From the NCBI GenBank assembly GCA_017461985.1, contig JAFTSA010000006.1, forward strand, positions 110-64,109: a DNA stretch of 64,000 nt, in the 5' to 3' direction. Below, piece by piece: positions 1 through 8,800 of this stretch (the first letter of the stretch is position 1; each line of letters opens with the position of its first letter). The notes under the pieces are model-generated. The model did not search any database, was not told the DNA's origin, and saw only the letters and a program-made list of their open reading frames with translations. Source of the stretch: Clostridia bacterium (lineage in GTDB: Bacteria > Bacillota > Clostridia > Christensenellales > CAG-917). The translations under genes were made by a program, and so were the position numbers.

Positions 1-177
1 CGATGTACGGATTGGATAAACGCTGAAAGCATCTAAGCGTGAAACCAGCCTCAAGATAAGATATCCCTAAAGAGAAATCTGAGTAAGGCCCCTTGTAGAC
101 CACAAGGTTGATAGGTCAGGTGTGTAAGCGCAGTAATGTGTTCAGCTAACTGATACTAATAGGCCGAGGGCTTCAAT
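1..177 (+). rRNA. rrl: 23S rRNA, 3'-terminal ~177 nt (partial; gene continues upstream of window)
   Basis: Conserved 23S 3'-domain strings CGCTGAAAGCATCTAAGCG and GATAGGTCAGGTGTGTAAGCGCAGTAATG...ACTAATAGGCCGAGGGCTT. A 5S gene follows ~100 nt downstream. The 3' end is approximate. Confidence 0.9.
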
Positions 178-277
178 CAAAATACAAATTTCAAAGGTCT
201 AATACAAATACAGCAAAAATTCTATTCCTATGCGGTTGTGAATGTGCGATTCGTACATTGAATCAATATTCAACCAT

Positions 278-395
<118 letters not shown>

Positions 396-407
396 TCCAA
401 ACAAAAT

Positions 408-432
408 AACCACTCAATAGAGTGGTTTTTTT
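408..432 (+). terminator. Intrinsic terminator of the rrn operon
   Basis: Hairpin AACCACTC-AATA-GAGTGGTT followed by a T-run. Confidence 0.8.
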
Positions 433-750
433 GTTGCCTTTTTTCAGTGTAGATGCCTTTTCAGTGTCTATGTTTTACTTGTGCTTTTGCCTCGTTGATG
501 CGTGTTTGTTTTTGATTTGAATTTAATGGCATGTTTTATTTGTAGATATGAATTTTTGTTTTGAGGTCATAGATTGTGATTTTTCACCTAGAACAGGGCT
601 TCTAAATCAACTTCTGCCGTCAAAATCCAATTGCTTATGGACAGACGGTCAGGTTTTCAGTGCAAATTGCCCAGTTTTTGCAACGTTTTGTCCAAATATT
701 CCTTTTATTTGTCCTTATTTGTTTTGAAGGATGGTGAATGTAAGTTGATG

Positions 751-779
751 TTGACATTATTTGTCAAAAGAAATATAAT
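751..779 (+). promoter_or_regulatory. Sigma-A type promoter for the first small lipoprotein gene
   Basis: TTGACA (751-756), 17-nt spacer, TATAAT (774-779), ~35 nt upstream of GGAGGG RBS/ATG at 813. Confidence 0.65.
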
Positions 780-812
780 ATACGTACAATAAATAATCCT
801 TGGAGGGATAAT

Positions 813-1184
813 ATGAACAAGAAAGTTATCAGCATCGTAGCAATTATCGCTCTCGTGGCAATCCTCGGCGTTTGCCTCGTGGCTTGCAACGCAGACAGTT
901 ATGCAAAGAAACTGGAAGGCAAAGGCTATACCGTCGAAACTATGTCAGGTGAAGAACTTGATGCATACACAGAAGAACTTGGCGTTGACTTCGACATCAA
1001 GTGGGGCGTCGGTGGACAAAAGGGCACTGATATGGTTGCAATCTACGCATTTGCAAATGCAGATGATGCAGAATCATTTGGTACATTGCTCCGCCTCGGC
1101 GCATCATATTTAGGATATGAAGCAGAAGTCAAAGGCAAACTTGTCTTCTTCGGCACAGAACAAGGCATCAAAGACGCAAAATAA
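813..1184 (+). CDS. Small lipoprotein, function unknown (paralog A)
   Basis: 123-aa ORF with GGAGGG RBS. Signal peptide with lipobox LVAC|N. Has its own promoter and terminator. Paralog of 1307..1669. Confidence 0.8.
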   Translation: MNKKVISIVAIIALVAILGVCLVACNADSYAKKLEGKGYTVETMSGEELDAYTEELGVDFDIKWGVGGQKGTDMVAIYAFANADDAESFGTLLRLGASYLGYEAEVKGKLVFFGTEQGIKDAK

Positions 1185-1242
1185 TCATTTTTATTGAAAA
1201 AAGAAGTCCACTCAAAAGAGTAGACTTTTTACTTGTTTACTA

Positions 1243-1271
1243 TTGACTTTATCACGATAAAGTGCTAAAAT
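1243..1271 (+). promoter_or_regulatory. Sigma-A type promoter for the second small lipoprotein gene
   Basis: TTGACT (1243-1248), 17-nt spacer, TAAAAT (1266-1271). Confidence 0.55.
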
Positions 1272-1306
1272 ACATACATCAATAAAATAATCCTTGGAGG
1301 GATAAT

Positions 1307-1669
1307 ATGAACAAAAAAGTTATCAGCATCGTAGCAATTATCGCACTCGTCGCAATCCTTGGTGTTTGCCTCGTCGCATGTAACGCAGACAGCTATGCAA
1401 AGAAACTTGAAAAAGCAGGTTATGTTGTTCAAACATTCACCGGTGATGAAGCAAATGATGAAGCCGAAGCAGAAGGCGTCAAGTGGATGGTTGTTGGCCT
1501 CAAGATGAACAACCTCATTGATGCAGATTCAGTTATGGTTGTTGCATTTGACAATGCAGACGATGCAAAGGCATTTGCAGACGCAATGAACGGTGAAGGC
1601 GAAAACGTCGAACTTTCAGGCAAAATCGTCATCGTTGGCACAGAACAAGGCGTTAAGGATGCAAAATAA
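1307..1669 (+). CDS. Small lipoprotein, function unknown (paralog B)
   Basis: 120-aa ORF. The first 35 aa are identical to paralog A, with only synonymous DNA differences. Same lipobox and same 5' leader/RBS. Confidence 0.8.
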   Translation: MNKKVISIVAIIALVAILGVCLVACNADSYAKKLEKAGYVVQTFTGDEANDEAEAEGVKWMVVGLKMNNLIDADSVMVVAFDNADDAKAFADAMNGEGENVELSGKIVIVGTEQGVKDAK

Positions 1670-1684
1670 GTATTGAATTAACCT

Positions 1685-1717
1685 AAAAAAGTCCACTCGA
1701 AAGAGTGGATTTTTTTT
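1685..1717. terminator. Bidirectional intrinsic terminator (lipoprotein B / dpaB)
   Basis: A-run, hairpin TCCACTC-GAAA-GAGTGGA, T-run. Sits between convergent genes. Confidence 0.75.
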
Positions 1718-1842
1718 GCCCTAAATCAGGTTGATTTAGGGTGTTTTGTTTTTCTGATTTGATTGTTTAATAATATTTGTTTTACGGTTTTGTGTTGATT
1801 TCTTAATATTGACTAGCTGATTTGATAGGTTTGTAGGTTTCT

Positions 1843-2406
1843 TTATAGAAATAGTGGAGTGATTTGCTTGCCTTCTATTGCCTTTTCGCAGGTGGGGAGG
1901 ATGAGAGAGGTGTCTGCAATGAGGCTGTTAGGCTTTTTCAATGGGGCATCTTGACCGAAAGGCACGAAAAACAGGTTTCTCGTGTTGAGGAGAGTGCCTA
2001 TATTTCGCGCATTTGCCCCTAGAGCATCGTTGGAACTGACGGACAGCACAACGGGTTTGTTGTTGCGTAGGGTTGCTTTAACCGCCATTGTGACCGGCGT
2101 ATCGGTTATGCCGTGGGCTATTTTGGCAAGGGTATTGCCTGTGCAAGGGGCAACAAGCATAAGGTCTACGCCCTTCACTGTACCCATTGGCTCGGCCTCT
2201 ACAATGGTCTTTATTGGGGTGTGGCCGGTGAGGCGGATTATCTCATCTTCAAAGTCCTTAGCCTTGAAGAAACGTGTGTCAAAGGCGGACACAACGTAGC
2301 TGAATACTGGCACAACCTGGTGACCTGTATCAATAATTTGACCCAGTGCAACAAGCAAGTTTTTGAAGGTGCAGAATGACCCTGTGACACCAAGACCTAT
2401 CTTCAT
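1843..2406 (-). CDS. dpaB: Dipicolinate synthase subunit B (flavoprotein family)
   Basis: 187 aa. N-terminus MKIGLGVTGSFCTF is typical of the SpoVFB/flavoprotein fold. Its start overlaps the dpaA stop by 4 nt (ATGA). Confidence 0.8.
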   Translation of the reverse strand: MKIGLGVTGSFCTFKNLLVALGQIIDTGHQVVPVFSYVVSAFDTRFFKAKDFEDEIIRLTGHTPIKTIVEAEPMGTVKGVDLMLVAPCTGNTLAKIAHGITDTPVTMAVKATLRNNKPVVLSVSSNDALGANARNIGTLLNTRNLFFVPFGQDAPLKKPNSLIADTSLILPTCEKAIEGKQITPLFL

Positions 2407-3116
2407 TTCGTCACCTCCAACACGTAGTCTTTTATTGCTCTTGCAGCGCTCAGCGGTGCGGTTTTTGCAGGTAGAGCGGGGTAGATTTCTGCATCAATGC
2501 CTAGATACTTTGCAAAGCATAGGTTCAATGCAGGCTTTGTGGCAAGATCTATATAAAGGGCAGAGGGGGAGAAGGTGAGCACCGCTTTGTCGTCAATGAT
2601 ATGCTGAGGCACAGTGTTTATCACCGTATCGTATGGGGCAAAATCAAAACTGCCCACAGGGATGACCTCATCGGCAAATGCGTAGGCAGGGCGCAGAGAA
2701 GCCGTCGTTGCCACTGTAAGCCTTTTTACGCCCACTTGACGTAGTATTCGGGCAACCGCAGCGCCCGTACGACCAAAGCCTATGACAAGGACACTCATCT
2801 CGTCAAGTGCCATAAGGGCGTGAGAAAGTATGACGTGGAGTGTGCCTTCCGCAGTCAAACGGGAGTTGCGTGCCTGGAATTTTTCGTCCTCAAGCATATT
2901 GAAATATTTGACGTCAGTGGAGTTGAAATGAGCCTTCACCTCCTCGTCCGCTTTGCCACCTATGACCACTTCGTGGTCTCCCACCTCTGCCACGTTGCCA
3001 AGTCCAAGCAATATGTTTGGCGCATATATATGAGTCCGCTTTTTGGCGGAGAAACCCAGTTCATTTCTCAGGAAAAACATCCTTTCGTCAGTTTGATAAA
3101 TGATGAATTCAGCCAT
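2403..3116 (-). CDS. dpaA: Dipicolinate synthase subunit A (dehydrogenase-like)
   Basis: Rossmann motif VLVIGFGRTGAAVA. Paired with dpaB. Start placed at ATG 3116, preceded by GGAGGA, rather than the longer track ORF start at 3182. Confidence 0.7.
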   Translation of the reverse strand: MAEFIIYQTDERMFFLRNELGFSAKKRTHIYAPNILLGLGNVAEVGDHEVVIGGKADEEVKAHFNSTDVKYFNMLEDEKFQARNSRLTAEGTLHVILSHALMALDEMSVLVIGFGRTGAAVARILRQVGVKRLTVATTASLRPAYAFADEVIPVGSFDFAPYDTVINTVPQHIIDDKAVLTFSPSALYIDLATKPALNLCFAKYLGIDAEIYPALPAKTAPLSAARAIKDYVLEVTK

Positions 3117-3201
3117 AAATCCTCCATACCGTATCCTATGCAAAAAGCGGTTTTGGTGTTGCCATAATAGATGAAAATACATAGAATATCCTGGAGGGAA
3201 T

Positions 3202-4215
3202 ATGGACAGATATTATCTTGGAAGCAACACATATAAAGGTTTTTACGGCTTGTATGAAGAAGCAATCGCACCCCTTGACAGAGTGTTTTTGTTGAAGGGA
3301 GGCCCCGGCACAGGCAAATCGTCCCTTATGAAAAAGGTGATGAAAGAGGGGCTGAATAGGGGGCATAAAGTTGAGTGTTGGCACTGCTCGGGGGACCCGA
3401 ATTCACTGGACGGAGTGCTGCTGAAGGAACTAGGTGCTGCAGTCATTGACGCCACTGCACCCCACGCAGTTGAGCCAAAAATCCCAGTGGCAAAAGAGGT
3501 CATCATCAACCTTTTGGACTGTGTAAGAAGGGACAAAATCAAAGATTATCGCACCCACCTTGAAAAACTTGCAAATGACAAAAAAGAGTGTTTTGTCCGT
3601 GCTTATGAACACTTAAAGTGTGGTTTTGGTTATTTTACACAAATAAACAGACTTTTGACTGTCAATGTAGATATGGGTGAAATTGACCTCGTTGCAAGGG
3701 AGTATACACTGAAAATTGCAGGTGAAAATATGGGAGATGACAAGGTGAAAAAGAAGGGCGCAGGTAGAAGATTTTTTAGGGCAATAACCCCAGAAGGAGT
3801 CGTCAGTTTCGATGACGCTTTGAAAGACAAAAAGGTGATTGCAGTGAAAGGTGAAGATATCCTCATAGACAGGTTTGTGACAACCCTTGTGGACAGTGTT
3901 GGAGGGGACGTCATCTTCCTCAACCCCTACGATGCTGACTTTGTTGAGGGTTGTGTCGTCGGTGACGTGGCGGTGGTGAGAGAGTGTGGCAACCCTGACT
4001 GCACCGTTGACCTCACTGATTTTGAAAAGAAGGCTGACCTATACGCTCTCAGCCGTGCTAGGGCAAAACTTGACGAGGAGATTGAAGAGGGTGTAGGAAA
4101 CATATCAAAGGCACGAAGTGTCCATATGGGGATTGAGCGGTTTTATGTCGGCGCTATGGATTTTGACCTTGCGGACAAATTGACCGACCGAGTGCTGAAA
4201 GATATTTTCGATTGA
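3202..4215 (+). CDS. P-loop NTPase of unknown function
   Basis: 337 aa with Walker A GGPGTGKSS near the N-terminus. I recall similar conserved hypothetical ATPases in spore-forming Firmicutes, from memory only. Divergent from dpaAB. Confidence 0.6.
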   Translation: MDRYYLGSNTYKGFYGLYEEAIAPLDRVFLLKGGPGTGKSSLMKKVMKEGLNRGHKVECWHCSGDPNSLDGVLLKELGAAVIDATAPHAVEPKIPVAKEVIINLLDCVRRDKIKDYRTHLEKLANDKKECFVRAYEHLKCGFGYFTQINRLLTVNVDMGEIDLVAREYTLKIAGENMGDDKVKKKGAGRRFFRAITPEGVVSFDDALKDKKVIAVKGEDILIDRFVTTLVDSVGGDVIFLNPYDADFVEGCVVGDVAVVRECGNPDCTVDLTDFEKKADLYALSRARAKLDEEIEEGVGNISKARSVHMGIERFYVGAMDFDLADKLTDRVLKDIFD

Positions 4216-4334
4216 CAATACGAGGGTGCGGTTTGCCATAAACCGACAAAAAAAGATATGGAAATATCTTTCATCTTTCGTCTTGAAAAAATCGTAGTGG
4301 ACAAGTGGGATAAAAAGGAGTATAATCGTAGGGT

Positions 4335-5660
4335 ATGGAAAAGCAAGTTGACAAGAAGAAATACCCTAAACCCCCAAAGACTATGTGGTCCACAAGGCAT
4401 CAGTTTATACTGCTGTTTATCTGCGTTGTGATGAAAGTGGTGTGCAACGCCCACTACAAAAAGTCTAAGGAGTTTCAAGCGCAAAAAAAGAGCGGACCTA
4501 TGCTTGTCCTGTGCAATCATATGTCAGCCCTTGACTTCTGCTATTTTTCATCCCCCTTCTTCTTCAAGAAGATCAACTTTGTCGTGGCAGAGAATATGAA
4601 ATATTCAAAGCCCCTCTTTGCGAAGATGATTGAGGGATATCGTTGCATACTGAAAAAGCAATATTACTCTGACTTTTCTTGCATCAAAAACATAAAACGC
4701 TATCTTGATGCAGGCATATCCGTGGCACTTTGTCCTGAGGGCAAGGTGGCGGCAGAGGGCAAGACCGGTGTCATACCCTCATCAATTGCAAAGTTGGTGA
4801 AATGGCTGGGCTATCCTGTGGCAACCGTGGTGACGAAAGGGGCAGGGCTCACCCGTCCTAAATGGGCACATACGATGCGCCGTGGCAGAGTGGACTCCTA
4901 CTGCGATATGCTTTTCACCGCCGAGGAAGTGAAGGCTTTGTCCGCTGACGAAGTTATGGACAAAATCAAATCAGCACTCTATCAAAACGAGCACGCCGAC
5001 CAACTTGAAAGAGGTGTGAAATTCCACGGCACAAGATATGCTGAAGGACTTGAAAGATTGCTTTATCGTTGCCCTAAATGTGGAGCAGAATTTGCTATAA
5101 CCTCAAAGGGTGACACCCTCACCTGTTCAAACTGTAAAAACACGGTTAGATACTCTAAAAGTGGCGGTTTGCACCCTGTTGGCGATAGTGTTTGTCCTGA
5201 GCGTATTGACACTTGGTTTGACCTTGAAAGAGAGGTTGTGGCAGAGGAGGTCAAGGCGGAAAACTTTGCCCTTGATTATCCCGTGCACCTCTTCATTGAA
5301 AACGAGGATGGAGACGGCTATCGTTTTGTCACAAGCGGTGACTTGCACCTTGACAAAGAAGTGGTGTCCTTCAAGTCAAATATGACCGACCGCCCTGTGA
5401 AAGTGGACACCGTCTACAAGATTGGGGATATGGAACTCATCTTTGATGAAAACAGCCCTCGTGAGGCGGTTGAAGAGGAGTTTTTGGAAATCTCTCGTCC
5501 CACCAAAAACTACGTGACGGTGGCAAACATCCCCGGCACTTCCGTGGACATCTACGACGAAAAACACACTTATAGATTTATCTTCGCAAAGGAGCTTGCG
5601 GCAAGCAAATACACCCTTGCGGTGGAAGAGTTGTCAAGACTGCGCGGAGACAAACTGTAA
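4335..5660 (+). CDS. PlsC-family acyltransferase with C-terminal extension containing a zinc ribbon
   Basis: H(X)4D motif NHMSALD and CPEGK motif. Internal CPKCG...CSNC 4-Cys ribbon. Start codon uncertain (weak RBS). Confidence 0.7.
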   Translation: MEKQVDKKKYPKPPKTMWSTRHQFILLFICVVMKVVCNAHYKKSKEFQAQKKSGPMLVLCNHMSALDFCYFSSPFFFKKINFVVAENMKYSKPLFAKMIEGYRCILKKQYYSDFSCIKNIKRYLDAGISVALCPEGKVAAEGKTGVIPSSIAKLVKWLGYPVATVVTKGAGLTRPKWAHTMRRGRVDSYCDMLFTAEEVKALSADEVMDKIKSALYQNEHADQLERGVKFHGTRYAEGLERLLYRCPKCGAEFAITSKGDTLTCSNCKNTVRYSKSGGLHPVGDSVCPERIDTWFDLEREVVAEEVKAENFALDYPVHLFIENEDGDGYRFVTSGDLHLDKEVVSFKSNMTDRPVKVDTVYKIGDMELIFDENSPREAVEEEFLEISRPTKNYVTVANIPGTSVDIYDEKHTYRFIFAKELAASKYTLAVEELSRLRGDKL

Positions 5661-5678
5661 ACAAAATGAAACCATTGA

Positions 5679-5707
5679 AAAAAACCACTCATTTGAGTGG
5701 TTTTTTG
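5679..5707 (+). terminator. Intrinsic terminator after the acyltransferase gene
   Basis: AAAAACCACTC-ATTT-GAGTGGTTTTT. Confidence 0.8.
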
Positions 5708-5889
5708 TTGTCTATTTGGCTTTTCAACATTTTCCCATAGTTTTCCACAGTATCATGGATTTTTGCCCTTGTTTTGTGAGGGTTGGAAACCCCCTGAAAA
5801 AATCCACTATTGACATTGGGTCTTGTATTGTGATATATTGTATACGTATAGTTATAAGTGCGCCTGCATTTGCACGCGCGGAGGCGATT

Positions 5890-8800
5890 ATGAGAAAAAC
5901 AGTCAAGACTTTACTTATTTTGCTTTTGGTGACCTTGTTCACCTGTGTTTTCGTGGCCTGTGGCGAAGTTGAAGCCGAGCCCATTGAAGACGTCCCCCCT
6001 CCCACACACGTGGGCGGCAACGGCTCTAATAGTGGTGATGGCGGAAGCGGTGACGGTGGCGATGGCGGTGACGGCGGAAACGTTGACGTCGCTCCTGTAG
6101 ACCCCACCAGCGGAACACCGGTGTATTTGACTTTCTCCTATTTGAAGCAAGCACCCTCAGTGTTCAAGCACATCTACGTTGAGGACTTCGACATTGCAGA
6201 CATCGAATATCACGTGACCTATGAGTGCATCGTCAACGGCAAGAAGCAATATCTTGCAGGGGAAGGCACTCCGCTCTCAATGGATTTGCTGACAAAGGAA
6301 AGTCGTGACAGACTTGAAAACTTCGGCAAAAACGGCGAAATCAGCGGACATTTCTTCATCTTCGTTGAGTACGATGCGGAATACACTGATGCAGAAGGCA
6401 ACGTGAAGACAAAGACCGTTGAAGGCTCATTTGCAATGCATATGAAGACAAAGGCGGCACTCCTTGAGTTTGTCGAATTGAAATTTAAGTTGAACGGCGG
6501 ATATTCACTCTTTGGCAACTACTCAAAAGCAGACGGCGGAACTTCAACCATAGTGGTTGAAAAGGGCCAAACTTGGACTTGGAACGAGTTTATCACCGAT
6601 TTCCCTGTGTACAAAGCAGGCTATGCAATCGACAGCGTGACTGTGGGCGGAAAAACTTATAATGCCTCATCAACCGACACAATCACCATCAAAGACGACG
6701 CAACAATCTCAGTGGGCTGGACTGAAAACGTCATGCCCATCACCTTTGACATCAATCTCCCCGACGGCGTGACAACTTGGGCACCCGTGGACAAAAACCT
6801 CCTCACCAACTTCAACGAAGCCAACGGCACTTGGTCAGTGGACGTTGAAAAGGGTGAAGGATTTATCCCTCGTCCTTCAGTCAACAACATCGCAACAATC
6901 CCCGGCTACACCTTTGCAGGTTGGCGCACCGCAAACGGCACTGTTTGGAATTTCAACAGACGCGCGGGAGACGAAGCATTCACCCTCTACGCAATGTGGA
7001 CAATCCGCACCTACTCAGTGAAGTTTGTCCTTATGGGCGGTGAATTCAATGCAAACAAGGGCTACACCGACACAGCAATCGCAAGCCTCAAAAAAGCAGG
7101 CATTGACGTGAACTATGCTCTCGGCTATGGCCCTGAAGACCCTGAATACGATCCCGATTCCACAAGAGACTTGTTGGCATTCAAGCCCTATATCGTCACC
7201 TTCACTGGAATCCCCTATGGCGCAAATCTTGCAGACTACTTTGCAACTTGCAAGGTGCGTAGTGACAGTGAAGGCCTCATTTCAATCTCAGCAGATCCTG
7301 CAATTCTTGCAACACAAATCACAAAGAGTGAAGGTTGCTACGAGGTTGACGGCTGGTATACCGAGTCATCATACAACGGTGATGAACTCTACACCGCAGG
7401 GGCAGTCACCGAAGACCTTGTCCTCTATCCCAAGTGGTCATTGAGAGAAGGCCTTGGCGAACAAGAACTGAACGAATACTTCGCAAAGAAATTGTTCAAC
7501 TACACAGTGAAGTCAGACGGCACTCTCCGTATTGACCTCATCATCGATAGCTCAGTCAGTGAACTTGTCATCCCCGACAGCGTCTATATTGACGGCAAGA
7601 AATACACCGTCACCGAAATCGGCGAAGGCGCAATCATGAACATCAAGACCCTCATCACCGTTGATTTGAGTGGGGCAAAATCACTGACACGCATTGGAAG
7701 AAACGCCTTTGCATATTGTCCTAACCTCCGCGAAGTCATCATCCCCGACACAGGCCTCAACGTGACCTATATCGGTGAAAACGCATTCCGTGGAACAGAA
7801 TTCATCAACAGCTACAAGACAGCAACCGGTTATGACTTTGCAGTCATCGGCAGTGTGCTTGTCAAGTACGTGGGTGACACCGCAGTGACAGAAATCAATG
7901 TTGATACTACAAACGTGCTGCTTGCGAATGTGGATACAATCGCTCCCGGTGCATTTAGTGAACTGACCGCACTTGAAACTGTCACCATTGGCGATGGCAT
8001 CAAGTTCATCTATGACAAGGCATTCTACAAGGATACCGCTCTCGCAACAGTCCTTGGCGGCGGTGGTCTTGAATATGTTGCATCAGACGCATTTGACCAA
8101 ACCGCATACGTGTCAACACGTCCCGTTGACGACCCTGCAACTCTCACTGACGAAAGCACCTTCCTCCGCATCGGCAGTATCTATTATCGCTACGTAGGCA
8201 CGGGCAAGAGCGCAGAAATCCCCGAAGGAGTCAAGGTCATCGCACCCAACGCATTCTCAACAGGTCACCTCATTGAAAACATCACCTTTGGTGATGCAAG
8301 CCAAATCAAGTCTATCGGCACAGATGCATTTGCCAACACCAAGTGGATCAGTGAAAACCATACAACCGCAGAAACTGGTGACGCAAACACCTTTGTCCAA
8401 GACGGCTTTGTTGTCATCAACGGCATCCTCATTGCAAAACGTGGTAGAGATGCAGTTGTTGAACTGCCTGACCTTGTGAGAGTCATCGCAACAGGGGCAT
8501 TTGACAACGCATACGTCACCAACCTTACAATAACAGCAGACTCACATCTTGAACTGATTGAAAGAGACGCATTCAACGGCGCAAGCAACTTGAAGGCTCT
8601 CAGTTTCATCAATGCAACTGACAACGTATTCGTCAATTTCAATGACGGCGCATTCTCCAACGAAAACGGAGAAGTCATCAACGACGAGTTCAAGATTTAT
8701 CTCTATCAAGCACCCATCACCACCCTCGGCACAGCAGTCAGCGACAGCGACTCAGATGCAGTGAAGGCTTGGAAGGAACTCTACAAGGGTGCAAGCGAAA

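Noticed and set aside
433-750. About 320 bp of non-coding T/G-rich spacer after the 5S gene, with a short direct repeat (CCTTTTTTCAGTGTAGATG / CCTTTTCAGTGTCTATG), considered as an sRNA or tRNA remnant.
   Set aside because: I could not identify a foldable tRNA, a promoter/terminator pair or an ORF. It is mentioned only as an exception in the strand-composition finding.
5596-5889. 98-codon N-terminal extension of the giant LRR ORF given in the ORF track.
   Set aside because: It overlaps the 3' end of the acyltransferase gene and runs through that gene's terminator hairpin (5679-5707). A canonical lipoprotein signal peptide starts at ATG 5890.
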